DNA from: Vicinamibacterales bacterium
GTDB lineage: Bacteria > Acidobacteriota > Vicinamibacteria > Vicinamibacterales > UBA8438
Assembly (NCBI GenBank): GCA_965206285.1
Contig: OZ242205.1
Span: 2,067,431 to 2,131,430 of the forward strand
Direction of reading: 5' to 3'
DNA: 64,000 nucleotides
The notes under the pieces are model-generated. The model was not told where the DNA came from. It saw only the letters and a list, made by a program, of their open reading frames with translations, and did not search any database. Both the position numbers and the translations under genes were made by a program. Positions 10,319 through 21,104 of the stretch are shown here, one piece after another (position 1 is the first letter of the stretch; each line of letters starts with the position of its first letter).

Positions 10319-11581
10319 CTAACTCTCGGTGTGTGCCGTCTCCCCCGGAGGCTCCGCCCCGTGGATCGTGAGCAGCAACTCCGCGTCGTCGATCACTTGG
10401 TACTCCGGCCGGCGGCCGGACAATCGCAGGCTCTCGTCCAGGATGATGGGCACGCCGTCCCCACGCTTCTCCATCAGGAATTGTCTTGCGATCTCGCCGG
10501 TCAGATCCACCGCACGGCACTTCGCCAGCAGGGTCGTTAGCAACTCGTTGCGCGTCGATTGCCGAAGCGCTAGCGCGTCTACGGTAACGGAGTTGGGCAG
10601 GGGACCCGGCGAGTACAGCTCCAGCCGATCATCGAACAGGAAAAGCCGGATTGCAGAGCCATGCACGGCGTAGTCCCGGTGCGCCGCCGCGTTCACGACG
10701 GCCTCGAAGACCGCTCGCAGACTGAACTGCGGAATTTCCACGCGACCCGGGACCTTTCGGGCTGCCACTGTCATGTTCCGACGCACAAACGCCATCGCTG
10801 CCGCGATCTGCTCGTCCACGGGGCCGGTGATTGCCTGCGCATCTAGTTGATAGTTCGAATCCTGACGGACGCCCCGATAGCGCACCGCCTGGATGAACGC
10901 GCCAGGAAGCCACCGTTCTGGGGCTGACGAGCACATCAGGATGCCCGCGACGGTAGCGCGCGTCCTTCCTGTTTCGTCGTCCGTTGCAAGCTTCATCTTC
11001 TTGAACGCCGCGGCATCTTCGGCATCAGGCCGGGAAAAACGCCTACGACGGTCCGGCTCGAGGTCAGAAAAGGTCGTTCCTGGCACCGCCTGTTCCTCGA
11101 ATCGATATAGACGCGCTTGACTGCGCTGCTGCCCAAGGCGCAAGAGGAATTCGGTCGACATCCGGCGCTTCGAACTGCCCTGCCGGTGGAAGTAGCCCCC
11201 TGGACTCCTGTGCACAAACAAACTGCGCGGGATTTCCACCTTGAGTAGAGGCCGCAGCACTCCCGTTGCATCCGGCAGCTCGATCCGGAACGACTGGAAA
11301 TGCAGTGGCGGCTCGATGCTCTCGTTGCAAACCTCGAAGACGTACTGCTCGACCGTGTCGAGCCGCTCGATCGGTATACCAACGATTTCCCGCGTCCGGT
11401 CCTCGACGCCGAGGACGAGTACAGCGTCGCGCGTGTTAGCCATGGCCGCCAGTTCATCCGCCAACGCGTCGCGGCCGGGTCCGGACACACTGGAACCTCG
11501 GAACGAGACCTCCTTGAGTTCGAGCGAGCTGTCCTCGCCCAGGCGTATGCCGCGGAGCAGCTCTTCAGGGCTTTCGAACAC
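10319..11581 (-). CDS. Schlafen/AlbA_2-domain protein with C-terminal HATPase_c_4 (RecG-C-like) region
   Basis: GEDSSLELKE, LAAMANTRDAVLVLGVED, EAVVNAAAHRDY, DRLELYSPG. GTG start at 11581 with GGAGG upstream. Confidence 0.85.
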   Translation of the reverse strand: MFESPEELLRGIRLGEDSSLELKEVSFRGSSVSGPGRDALADELAAMANTRDAVLVLGVEDRTREIVGIPIERLDTVEQYVFEVCNESIEPPLHFQSFRIELPDATGVLRPLLKVEIPRSLFVHRSPGGYFHRQGSSKRRMSTEFLLRLGQQRSQARLYRFEEQAVPGTTFSDLEPDRRRRFSRPDAEDAAAFKKMKLATDDETGRTRATVAGILMCSSAPERWLPGAFIQAVRYRGVRQDSNYQLDAQAITGPVDEQIAAAMAFVRRNMTVAARKVPGRVEIPQFSLRAVFEAVVNAAAHRDYAVHGSAIRLFLFDDRLELYSPGPLPNSVTVDALALRQSTRNELLTTLLAKCRAVDLTGEIARQFLMEKRGDGVPIILDESLRLSGRRPEYQVIDDAELLLTIHGAEPPGETAHTES

Positions 11582-14342
11582 CGAGCGCCTCCACCGCGAT
11601 GCGGCGGTAGCGTTCCGCAAACGCGTCGCGCCCGCCTTCCATGACCGTGCAGATTGTCTCCCGAACCTGCTTTTCCTGAAGACTGCCTTTGCACTCCATC
11701 CGCGTCGCGCCGCTCCGTGCGGCGAGTGCGAGGACGAGCTCCGCGTCGCCGTTGACCACGATGTTCGAGTTGTGAGTCACAACGACGATCTGCCGGCGCC
11801 GCTTGACTTCGCGGATCTGCTTGACGATCAACTCGTGGATCAGATGGTTGTCGAGGTCGTCCTCGGGCTGATCAAGAACGAGCGGTTCATCGCCATAGGA
11901 GAGCAGGAACGCGAGGAGCGCGGCGGTCTTCTGCCCGGGCGAACCTTCTCTGATGGATCGGAGATTCTCGCCGTCGCCGGTCGGGCTGTACTGGACGTCG
12001 AGGGAATCGTCGGGAAACCAGACATCAACGCGATCCAACGCCTCGGGCTGCAGCCGGCTGAGGTGGGTGGCGAAACGCTGATCGGCGAGCACGTAGGAAC
12101 CGTGGGACCCCTCAGCGACAGAGCGGATCCGTTGCTTCATCTTCTCCAGCGCGTCTTCGATCCGCGTTACGTCTTGGCTCCATCCGTAAAGGCGTCCGAG
12201 TAGCCCTTCGCCGCCCGGCGACCCGATGTCCTTCTCGAAGCGGCCATCGTCCCTCTGAATCAGGCGACGAAGCTCGGCTTCAACCGTCTCCCGCCCGCCG
12301 TAGGGGATGACGGCGATACGTACGTAGCGGTTGTTCTTGAGGATGCGGTCCAGGAAGGAGCGGCGGGCCGCGGTCAGTTCCTGCCGGAGTTCCAGTAGCC
12401 GCTTGAGGCTGGCGGCGGCCTGCGCTTTCAGGGTCACCGCCTCCTGTTTGCGGTTCTTCAATGCGTCCAACTGCTGCTCAATGACCTGTCGGCGTTGCAC
12501 CAGTTCGCCGTAGGCCGACGGATCCCCGGCACCCTCCGCCGCCAGCCGTGTCCGCAGTAACTCATAGGCTGTAGCGGCCGCATCGGTCTCACGTTTCCAC
12601 GGGGTGCGGTCTGGGTCCGTCCTCCAGTCGGCGAGGAGCTGGTCCGTGTCGTCTGCGATCATCTCCAACTGCTGCCGAATTGCTTCAAGGCGATCCCGCA
12701 CGGTGCCGGCGCACGCCAGTAACGCCGCGTCCGTCTGCGACCTGGTGTCCATGTGAGTATCATCGAGAGTATCCGGAACGAGATCCGCTCCGATCCCCCG
12801 CAGTCGGTCACCCGCACCGGCCCAGGTCGCCTCCCAAGTCTCGATTGCGCGTTGCTGGCGGCGACGGTGCTGGAATGAGCGCAGGACATCAGCGTGACCA
12901 GCCTCTTCGAAGATCGCCAGCTTGCGCATTACGTCGTCGAGTTCACCGCGCATGCGCGTCTCTTCCGGTAGCTCCGCGTCGATTGCGCGAACCTTCAATC
13001 GAAGAGAGAGGAAGCGGCTCTCCTCCTGTCGCCAGCGCCCGCTCCATGATCGGCGATCTACTTCCGGCGCGTCGTCCACGATCATGAGAAGCGCTTTCGG
13101 CGTCTTCGCCAAGTGAAAGATCTGCTTCTGGCTGTACATGCGAATCGGGAAACGCTGGAGAACATCGCCCTCCGCGCGCGACCATGTTCCGTTTACGGCT
13201 TCCTCGATCGCATGCAGGCTGCCCGTCGGGCTCCACTGGATGCGGAATCTCGATCCGTCTTTGCGGTAGATCACGCGAATCTCCGCTTTGTCGGTCAGCA
13301 GCCCGCTGTCGTCCCGAGTCCGATTCACATCGGCGTACTTTTCGAACTCAGGCTTCAACTCATCCGGTAACTCATCCTTCCGGCGCAACGCGATCCGGAG
13401 GCACTCCACGAGAGAGGACTTACCGGTGCCGCGCCCCCCGACGATGGCGTTCAGCCAAGGGTTGAGCCTCGCGGTGAACGGCTTCGGCCGACCAATGTAT
13501 CTGGCACCGGTGACTTCAATGGACTCAAGCATTGACACTGCGTGCACGTTGGGCGACTCGGGATGTTCGTCGGAACGGTGCACCGAAAGGGAGCCGTCGA
13601 GGAGAGCGAGCCGCAATCCGTCGAGATCGGGCTCGCCCATCTTCACCCAAGTGAAGCCGCTGCCTGGAAACCGTTGCTCCGGGTTCCCGGAGGGGTGGTG
13701 CGAGTCAGAGCCCAGAATCCCGGTCCAGCGCAGCTTCTCGTCGCGGTAGAGCTGCGGCTTGTCGCAACCGGAAGCCACGGTCTCCATGGCAAATATCTGG
13801 CCGCAACGCAGCGCCTGCGCCAACGTGGTGCCCTGGAACTTCTGGAAGAGACCGTTCTCGCGGTCGACGTGCGCCGGAATCGCAATGCCGTCTGCCTGGA
13901 CGATCGCCTCGACGACATCCGCGAACGACTGAGTTGTCACGTCTCCGCTCGAACCCTTGACGCCAGTGAAACCCACCGCGCCGAGGAGCGTGTCGATATC
14001 CGATGACGTCGCGTCGCTCGCGAAGATGGCAAGAATATGCACACCACCCTGCACCGAGATCTCGGTACCCGGGAACAAATGTAGATGGCGGTAACCGTTA
14101 GGTCGGTCGTGCTCCAACTTGACCAGGGCAGACCGCAGACGATCGATCCATGCGCCGCTGTTGTGGTCCGTGACTGCCACGCAGTCGATACCGGCATGCA
14201 TGTAGCCCAACAACCAGTCGCGCGGCCCGTGCTGCTTGAGGGTGGCCTGACTCGGGCCTTTGCCGTAGTCGTCCGATGCGGGCGTGTGGGTATGGAGATC
14301 GCATTTCCACCACCGGGCTCCGTCCCAGTTCTGCAACGACAC
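11565..14342 (-). CDS. PHP-domain + SMC-like/AAA ATPase (Ppl/TrlF-like defence protein)
   Basis: DLHTHTPAS, AVTDHN, PAHVD, GSDSH (PHP domain). GGRGTGKS, SPGQK, LVLDQPEDDLDN, VTHN (ABC-type ATPase). Confidence 0.85.
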   Translation of the reverse strand: MSLQNWDGARWWKCDLHTHTPASDDYGKGPSQATLKQHGPRDWLLGYMHAGIDCVAVTDHNSGAWIDRLRSALVKLEHDRPNGYRHLHLFPGTEISVQGGVHILAIFASDATSSDIDTLLGAVGFTGVKGSSGDVTTQSFADVVEAIVQADGIAIPAHVDRENGLFQKFQGTTLAQALRCGQIFAMETVASGCDKPQLYRDEKLRWTGILGSDSHHPSGNPEQRFPGSGFTWVKMGEPDLDGLRLALLDGSLSVHRSDEHPESPNVHAVSMLESIEVTGARYIGRPKPFTARLNPWLNAIVGGRGTGKSSLVECLRIALRRKDELPDELKPEFEKYADVNRTRDDSGLLTDKAEIRVIYRKDGSRFRIQWSPTGSLHAIEEAVNGTWSRAEGDVLQRFPIRMYSQKQIFHLAKTPKALLMIVDDAPEVDRRSWSGRWRQEESRFLSLRLKVRAIDAELPEETRMRGELDDVMRKLAIFEEAGHADVLRSFQHRRRQQRAIETWEATWAGAGDRLRGIGADLVPDTLDDTHMDTRSQTDAALLACAGTVRDRLEAIRQQLEMIADDTDQLLADWRTDPDRTPWKRETDAAATAYELLRTRLAAEGAGDPSAYGELVQRRQVIEQQLDALKNRKQEAVTLKAQAAASLKRLLELRQELTAARRSFLDRILKNNRYVRIAVIPYGGRETVEAELRRLIQRDDGRFEKDIGSPGGEGLLGRLYGWSQDVTRIEDALEKMKQRIRSVAEGSHGSYVLADQRFATHLSRLQPEALDRVDVWFPDDSLDVQYSPTGDGENLRSIREGSPGQKTAALLAFLLSYGDEPLVLDQPEDDLDNHLIHELIVKQIREVKRRRQIVVVTHNSNIVVNGDAELVLALAARSGATRMECKGSLQEKQVRETICTVMEGGRDAFAERYRRIAVEALGVRKP

Positions 14343-14784
14343 CTGTCCTCCTCAGCGTCCTCGACTCAACGAACGAGGACGAGTTCGTTCCCGCCTCCAG
14401 GCCGGGCGGCTTCAGCCGCGACACGAACGTCTCCGATTCCCAGGCAATGGGTGGCAGGCGGGCGAACCCACGCGCTCTCCATCCAACCCGAGATCGATGG
14501 ATTGTACGACAGCGCGTCGCAGCGCGCTCGGATCGGCGGCGTAGGAGACGGGGGCGGGTCGGCTGCAATCACGAACGTTCCCGGCGCCCGCCCACCGTCA
14601 AGAGCGGCGCGGTGCGCTCGGTGCCGCACGCGGAAGTGCGGACGCACTACTTCTTGGCGACCTCCCCGCGCTCCGCGCGGCGGTCCGACGGTAGCCGGTG
14701 GGCAGTGCCCGGAAGATCGACCCGGACATCCTGAACCGGCGCCGGGACCGCGGACGCCCAGGAAGAGCGCCGGAGGTCGGCGGC

Positions 14785-15159
14785 CTATCCGGGGAAACGA
14801 AGGATCCCGAAGGTCAGAGCACCGGTTGCGAGCACCGTGCCGACCATCCAGCGGATGAGCCTGGTCTCGAGGTTCGCAATCTCGGTGCGCACGCCGGCAA
14901 CGTCCGTCCGCTGCTCGGAGCGCAGGTTGGCGATCTGCGTCGAGAGACGCGTGTCGAGGCGGGCAATCTCCGTCCGCACCTCGGCGATCTCGGTCCGCAC
15001 CTCGGCAATTTCTGCCCTCATCCCGGCGAGGCCGTCTTCCACAATATCTCGGCCGTGAACTGGTCGGGCGCGACGTGGTCGCCGGCCAGACGCACCGCGT
15101 TCGTGATGGCGTCGGCCTGGGCCGGCGTGAACTCGGCGTCGGTCAGCGAGCGGGCGTTC
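14785..15159 (-). pseudogene. DUF1640-like paralog with frameshift
   Basis: ARSLTDAEFTPAQADAITNAVRLA in one frame, then AEVRTEIA...LETRLIRWMVG in another. Confidence 0.7.
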
Positions 15160-15269
15160 ATCTCGCGCTGCATCGTTCCGGTGCAGCTCGTGGGGAGCAG
15201 GATTCGGCCTCACGGCTGGCGTGCCCACGGGCGACCCGCGGCGAGCGGGATGTCCGCCCTCGGACATCT

Positions 15270-15960
15270 GCCCCTCCTCGATGCGGGCGCCTGACAGCAT
15301 GTTCCGCATGCCGTAGTTGCCCTCGTGACACGCGTATTCGAAGAGCGGCGAAGTCCCGCGCTTCATCGGAACCGCCGCCGTGAACGGCCGCGTGAAGCTC
15401 GCCGGGTCGTCGATGGTGAACTCGTAGAGGAGCGTGTCGGGCCCGACGAGCCGGAACCGCTCGGTCAGGTGCAGCGTCCGGCCCGTCCCGATCGCGAGGC
15501 GCGTGAACGGAACGAAGCTCGCGGTCTTGTCGGTGAAGCTGGTCGTCTCGACCACTACTGTCCCGAATCGCAAGTCCGTTCGCAGTAGACCCAGAGTGAC
15601 ACGATGGCGGATCGGCCGGTATCGACAGGCAAACGGCGCGCGTGCAGCGGTGTCACAAGCACCCGCTACTGCGAAGCAACTTCGGACGCAGGACACTAGC
15701 GTGTCGCCCTCCCAGCGGCCGCGCGAGCTGCCCATCCACTGGCGTAGGCCGTCGGGCAGCGGGTCGCGCCCGTCGAGCGGCACGATGCGCGCGTCGTGCA
15801 CCATCTCGGTGAACACGACCACGTGGTCCGGCGTCTGAAAGAGCTGCATGTTCTGGTTGTAGCGGCCCCTGGGGGAGACCGGCACGATGGGGGGGCCGGC
15901 GTTGAAGCCGCGCAGACAACGCTCGGCGAGCCCGCGATCCTCGGGGCCGCGCATCCCGAT
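15270..15960 (-). pseudogene. 5'-truncated member of the secreted hypothetical family, carrying an in-frame MITE
   Basis: ERCLRGFNAGPP, YNQNMQLFQTPDHV, WEGDTLV, FEYACHEGNY. Confidence 0.75.
15558..15696. mobile_element. 139-bp MITE, IS630/Tc1-type (TA duplication at a CTAG site)
   Basis: 31-bp imperfect terminal inverted repeats (22/31 by hand, last 10 nt TTCGCAGTAG identical). TA flanks at 15556-57 and 15697-98. Removal restores DTLVVET. Confidence 0.75.
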
Positions 15961-16207
15961 GCCGCCCACCAGGAACCGCACCGGACCCGAATCCGCCGCT
16001 TGCCATCGCTGGGGGGGCGGGCGCGCGCCGCGTGACCAGACGAACAGAGACTATCGCCGAAAAGCCAAATCCTGAACTTGACTCATCTGTCAAGATGGCG
16101 CGCGATCAGGGAACGCTTGGCGTGGCTGCTCGACCATGAGCCGTAGAGGACAGATTCCCGGGGTCATCGGGGGCTCGGCGTTGAACCCGAGTTGGCGTCG
16201 ACGAGAA

Positions 16208-16290
16208 TCACCGAACTCTTCACCCTCTGCGACGGCAAGCACGTCGGCCATGTCGTCGAGGCTGCCGGCCAGACACCGGCCGAGATCGAC
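16208..16290 (-). repeat. Antitoxin-like C-terminal remnant, repeated at 22979-23060
   Basis: Both copies encode DLGRCLAGSLDDxAxxLAVxEGEEF. Confidence 0.6.
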
Positions 16291-16505
16291 GGCGGGGGTC
16301 AGGTAGACGACCGACGGCGCGGACGGCGCCGCGATCACGACCCGCGATCGGGGTTGAACAAATCCTCGCCGCGCGCCACCGAACGAGCTCCGACATCGAC
16401 ATCATGGTCAGGGAGGCAGGGGACGCGCCGACGCGCCGGCGAGCTGCCGAAACCGCCTACAATCTACCGATGGAACGCGACCGGGAGCAGGGAACACCGA
16501 ACACG

Positions 16506-16601
16506 ATGTCGAGACCGACCCACTGGATGGCCGCCGGCTGCCTCGCCGCCGCCGGTCTGCTCGTCGGCCAGGGGCCGGCCGCCGCGCAGCCGAACCGGTA
16601 G
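16506..16601 (+). pseudogene. Signal-peptide-only remnant of a secreted protein
   Basis: MSRPTHWMAAGCLAAAGLLVGQGPAAAQPNR then stop. Confidence 0.4.
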
Positions 16602-16619
16602 GGAACGGCCGACCACACG

Positions 16620-17120
16620 ATGCCAAGAGAACGCTCTTGGCCACGAGCGCCCCGACGAGCGCAAGCCAGGACCATGGGAAAACGGGACCACGACGACGAC
16701 TGGCGGTTCCCGCCGTTCCGGTTCTCGAACTACACGGAGATCATCGAGGCGGGCTGGCCCGAAGACGACATCGAACGGTTCATCCTGCGGGACCTCGGCC
16801 GGACCTTCCACGCACTCAGCCGCGAGCGCCAGAAACAAGAGCTGGAGCGAGGCGTTGAACTGACGCACACGAAATGGGACGCGCTGATCGCAGCGACGGC
16901 CGAACAGCTCGCGCTCACCCACGACCTTCCGGTACCGAGCTGGGTCGATGAACCCGAGCGGTTCCTCGACGAAACGTGGGTGCTTGCCGAAGGCCCGACG
17001 GCACGGGAGTTCTGCCTGATGTTCGCACCAGGACCATTCCTGAGACACGGCGCCGTACCAGACCCCGGAGAGTTCAACGAGCGCACGGGAGACACCAGTG
17101 AATGGGAGCCCCGATCTTGA
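16620..17120 (+). CDS. Hypothetical partner of DUF6036 nucleotidyltransferase (copy 1)
   Basis: TKWDALIAATAEQLA...PSWVDEPERFLD...PGPFLRHG, paralogous to 23860-24315. Overlaps the next gene. Start uncertain. Confidence 0.65.
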   Translation: MPRERSWPRAPRRAQARTMGKRDHDDDWRFPPFRFSNYTEIIEAGWPEDDIERFILRDLGRTFHALSRERQKQELERGVELTHTKWDALIAATAEQLALTHDLPVPSWVDEPERFLDETWVLAEGPTAREFCLMFAPGPFLRHGAVPDPGEFNERTGDTSEWEPRS

Positions 17121-17673
17121 TCGGGAAAGGCTGACGAGCCTGTTCCACGACCTCTCCCGGGAGCTCGAGCTCGCGCGAACCCGCGTACAGATCTACGTGA
17201 TCGACGGAGCCGCGATGAGCATGGCGTTCAACCGGGGCCGGACGACCAGGGACGTGGACGCGAGAATCGACGCCGGCCACGGTGCGCTGATGAAGGCGGT
17301 CGAGAAAATCGCGCGCAAGCGGGGCCTCACCCACAACTGGCTCAACGAAGAGGCGACGAGCGCGATACCACGGGAGACAGACAGAAACACCCGGACGCTT
17401 TACAACTCGCCGTACCTCACGGTGACAGGAGCCTCGCCGAAACACCTGCTCGCCATGAAGCTCGAGGCCGGACGGGCGCGCGACATGAAGGACGTGAAGA
17501 TTCTGATGAAGCGCCTCGGGATATCGGACGTGGCCGAAGCAACCGACATCCATGCAAGGCTGTACGCCGGAAAGCCGATGAAAGCGAGAGCCGTGGAGGG
17601 TCTCGAACGGGTGAGCCAAGAACTCAAGACCGAGCAGCAGCCATCGGGAGTCAAGAACTCCACTCGAACCTGA
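17098..17673 (+). CDS. DUF6036-like nucleotidyltransferase (copy 1)
   Basis: IYVIDGAAM, TTRDVDA, NWLNE, LLAMKL, RARDMKD. Confidence 0.75.
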   Translation: MNGSPDLDRERLTSLFHDLSRELELARTRVQIYVIDGAAMSMAFNRGRTTRDVDARIDAGHGALMKAVEKIARKRGLTHNWLNEEATSAIPRETDRNTRTLYNSPYLTVTGASPKHLLAMKLEAGRARDMKDVKILMKRLGISDVAEATDIHARLYAGKPMKARAVEGLERVSQELKTEQQPSGVKNSTRT

Positions 17674-17739
17674 GCAGGTGCCTCGAAGAGCTCCAGAGCG
17701 GCACGACCCCTCTCCTGACGGACGGCGGGCATCGGGTAG

Positions 17740-18450
17740 TCACGCGCGAGCCGTCCCGCCCGCGGAGGACGCGGCGCAGGAAGTCCATGGTGTCGGTGTA
17801 CTGCGTGAACACCATCACCCGGCGGTACCCGTCGCGCGCCAACTCGTCGAGGGCCTCGGTCAGGCGCGCGAGCTTGCTGTCCGGCGGCAACGCGTCGATG
17901 CGTTCGAGCAGGCGTTCAATCTCGCCCCGTTCCTCGAAAAGCCAGCGCGCGCGCCACCAGGGCGGCGACATCGTCGGCGTCGGGGACCTCGTCGAGGGTC
18001 TCGTCGTCGGGCGCGTCCTCCTCCAGGGCCGACGCCGCGACGGCCCCGTGCAGCGCGGCGTCGCGGCGCCTCTCGAAGGTCGCGCGCAGGGCCGCGAAGC
18101 TGCTGGCGAGACGCCGGCGGTAGACGGTCATCACGAAACCGACGGCCGAACGTTCCGCGCTGGACGCCTGCTTGTGCGTCTTCGAGATGTGCTCGTCAAC
18201 CGCCTCCGAGAGATCACGTTCGGCTTCGCTCATGTCGACGAAGCGGTCCTCGATGCGCCGGTCCGCGATCGGGGTCGACAACCTGCCGGCCGCGGCGTAT
18301 CGGCGCAGCAGCTCGCGGGTGTGCCGCGAGATCAGGCGTCGAATCGGCGTGTGCGCGCGCATGACGGCGATGGCCGCGCGGCGCTCGGTCGTCTCGAGCC
18401 GGCGGCGGGGAATGCTCGCCTCGTCGCGCAGGGCGCGCAGCAGCGTCCCG
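17740..18450 (-). pseudogene. SNF2/DrmD-like helicase internal fragment, frameshifted
   Basis: GFVMTVYRRRLASSFAAL, then in another frame DSKLARL...VMVFTQYTDTMDFL. Confidence 0.7.
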
Positions 18451-18559
18451 GCTCTCAGGTGCGAGAGTCCGGTCAGACGCCGGACGGCGTCGCGCGACAC
18501 CACCCCGTGGTCGCGCTCGACGGCCTGCCGCAGCACCGTTACGTGCCGCGCCCCCTTAA

Positions 18560-19534
18560 TTAATACTGCCCGCTCTCCTGGCTCCGCTCCTCCAGACGCG
18601 CACCGCCCAGGATGTTCGGCATGGCGTAGTTGCCCTCGTGGCAGGCGTACTCGAACAGCGGCAGCGGGTTCCACTGCATGGGGATCTGGGCGGTCCAGGG
18701 CGCGGTCCACGTGCCGGGGTCGTCGATCGTGAACTCGTAGAGCAGCGTGTCCGCGTCGATCCGCGTGAACCGCTCGAAGAGGCGGCGGTCCCTGGTCGAA
18801 CCCCGGTAGCTGTGCCGGTCGCTGAAGTCGGTGGTCTCGACCACCAGCGTGTCGCCTTCCCAATGCCCGCGCGACTCGCCGGTCCACGACTCGATGTCGG
18901 GTCGCGGGCGGCCGTCGAGGGGGATGATGCGCGAGTCGTGGACCATCTCGTTCAGCACCACGACGTGGTCGGGCGTCTGGAACAGCTGCATGTTCTGGTT
19001 GTAGAAGCCGGGGGTCATCGGCGGCCCGGTGTTGAACCCGAGTATGCAGCGGTCGAACGCGCTGCGGTCGAGGTACGAGTCGGCCGGGTGGGCCTCCCGA
19101 TACGCGCTCCGCTCGTCGGCGCGCCGCTGCCCCTCCTCCGACAGGGCGGGGATGCGGCCGTCCGGCGGATCGACGATGAGCGACGTGCGCCGGTCCTCGA
19201 TGACGTTCGTGCCGAAGTCCAGCCAGAAGTTGTTGTAGCCGCCGACGTTGCCTCCGGCCTCGGTCCGGCGGGGCGCCGCTTCCCAGAGACGGATGTTCCG
19301 GTCGACCCTTTCCTGCTCGATGGTGGCTGCCTCTTCCTCCGTCAGGAACGCCTGGTCCTCGCGATCCTCGGGCCGCTCGAGCGGCGTGGCGGTGCGGAAG
19401 TCCCAGACGCCCTGCAGGTCCGGGGCGCCCCACGCCGTCCGCGGCGCGTCCTGGCCGGTGGCGGGACCGGCCGCCAGCACGACGAGCATCACCGCCAGCA
19501 CCGGCGCCACGCTTCGACCTTTCACGACCGTCAT
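18560..19534 (-). CDS. Secreted hypothetical protein of the multi-copy family (intact)
   Basis: Signal peptide, PDLQGVWDF, RTSLIVDPPDGRIP, DRCILG, WEGDTLVVET, FEYACHEGN. GGAGG upstream. Confidence 0.8.
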   Translation of the reverse strand: MTVVKGRSVAPVLAVMLVVLAAGPATGQDAPRTAWGAPDLQGVWDFRTATPLERPEDREDQAFLTEEEAATIEQERVDRNIRLWEAAPRRTEAGGNVGGYNNFWLDFGTNVIEDRRTSLIVDPPDGRIPALSEEGQRRADERSAYREAHPADSYLDRSAFDRCILGFNTGPPMTPGFYNQNMQLFQTPDHVVVLNEMVHDSRIIPLDGRPRPDIESWTGESRGHWEGDTLVVETTDFSDRHSYRGSTRDRRLFERFTRIDADTLLYEFTIDDPGTWTAPWTAQIPMQWNPLPLFEYACHEGNYAMPNILGGARLEERSQESGQY

Positions 19535-19709
19535 GATTCGACCTCCTTGGTACGGGCGCCCGCCGCGCAGGGTCGCCCTGACAGTCTACGATAGCCCGTG
19601 GCGGGACTTCTGTAAAACCGACCTCGGACCCCGGACCGCAGTTCCCCACGGCCAGCCGGCGCCAGGGTGACAGTGTCCCGCATCGCCACCTCACATCGCG
19701 CCAGACGCT

Positions 19710-20165
19710 TCACTCTCCGCGCGCTGAACGCGCCGACCGATCCTCGACGGTCGCGCGCATCAACTCCACCAGCTCGTCGGCGGTTGCGTCGGGCAACCCG
19801 TCGTGCGTCAGCATCTCGCAGACCGCAACCAGATCGACGAGCCGCGCGAGGCGGCACCACTCCGGCGGCAACCGACCGCCGCCCTCCAGATAGCCGGCTC
19901 GGAAATGCGGCTCGGCCGCCGGCCGTCCCCTTCGCTCGTACCGAAGGAAGTGTCCGACGTCGGCGAGCGGAGAACCGGAGACCGCGAACTCCCAGTCGAG
20001 AACCGCCGCCACTGACCCAGCGACCGACCTGCCGCCGGACGATGAGGTTGCGCCCGCCCAAGTCGCCGTGAACGAGGGACGTCGCGTCGGCCGCTTGGCC
20101 GAGCGCGGCCGCGTGCGACCACATCGCCGCCCGCGTCTTGTCGCGCAGCTCCGCCGGAACCCGCA
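19710..20165 (-). pseudogene. Aminoglycoside/choline phosphotransferase (APH) C-terminal remnant, frameshifted
   Basis: LVHGDLGGRNL and VLDWEFAVSGSPLADVG lie in different frames. Confidence 0.7.
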
Positions 20166-20754
20166 TCCTCGGAGCAGTGCGGCCACTGCCGTCCCGTCCA
20201 TTGATTTGGATCTCGAAGCAAATGGATACAGCACTCCGGTCAGCGCCGAGACCAGGGCGACGGCCAGCGCCACCCCAGCCGACGGGCGCCATGCGCGAAC
20301 TCCCGGCGTTCGGCCCCGAAGCCTCGGCCCTTCACCGCGCCGACCCAGCCCCGGGTCCCGCCGCCGAGCCCCGCCGCCGCGACCGCCTCACGGCCGCCGT
20401 AGCGCGTAGCCGGTGACGCCGGCCAGGATCTCGAGCGCGAGCTCGACACTCGCCTCGTTCAAACCCGCTTCCGCGGCCACCGCCGCGACCGTCGGGGCGC
20501 CGCGGCCCCCTCCCAGAGCGCGACCTCCATGCCGACGTGGCGGACCACCGACCGGGGGAGTGACCCCGAGGGACACGCCAGGACCTCAGACCGGGCCGGC
20601 CGCCCGCGGGCGCCCAGCCCCCATAGGCCGAAATTCCACCTCAGCTCCCCAGGCTTCACAGCGCCGAGAAACTCCGTCACCAACACCTCTTCCGGCCGCA
20701 CCCCGGCCATCTCGTCTCCTCCACGTCTTACCGCGAACACCGTTACTCGTAATC

Positions 20755-20933
20755 GCCGGCCGCGGCCAAAGCGGTGGGCCGACGCCGTCGACCAGCTCCG
20801 CACCCTGCAGGCCGAGTACGAGAGGCCTGGCGCGACCAGCTGCCCGAGTCCCTGGCCGACTCCCGGACCGCCGAGCTCCTCGAGGGTGTCTGCGACGTCG
20901 ACCTCGACGCCGCGGGGCTTCGGACGGGACTGA
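20755..20933 (+). pseudogene. Small hypothetical remnant, partly repeated at 43466-43560 (minus strand)
   Basis: RPKRWADAVDQLRTLQAEYE / AWRDQLPESLADSRTAELLEGVCDVDLDA...PRGFGRD. Confidence 0.5.
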
Positions 20934-21104
20934 AAACGCCCCGGCGCACAACGCCCCACGCCGGGATCCGGAGGGTACCCAAGGGCCACGACATCGGTTG
21001 CCGTGAGCCAAGGATGTAGCCTCGCCTCAGGGTTCGGCTCGCGGGCCGCCTCGCCAACCGTCGGCCGGGGCCGGTCCGCGCTATCGAGCAGCACCGCCCG
21101 GGGG

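Noticed and set aside
14785..15981. Genuine 398-aa fusion protein
   Set aside because: It is a chance open frame through a truncated secreted-family gene, a MITE and a frameshifted DUF1640 gene.
8613..19534. Diversity-generating retroelement template/variable repeat pair
   Set aside because: The differences between the copies are indels and mixed substitutions, not adenine-specific, and there is no reverse transcriptase in the window.
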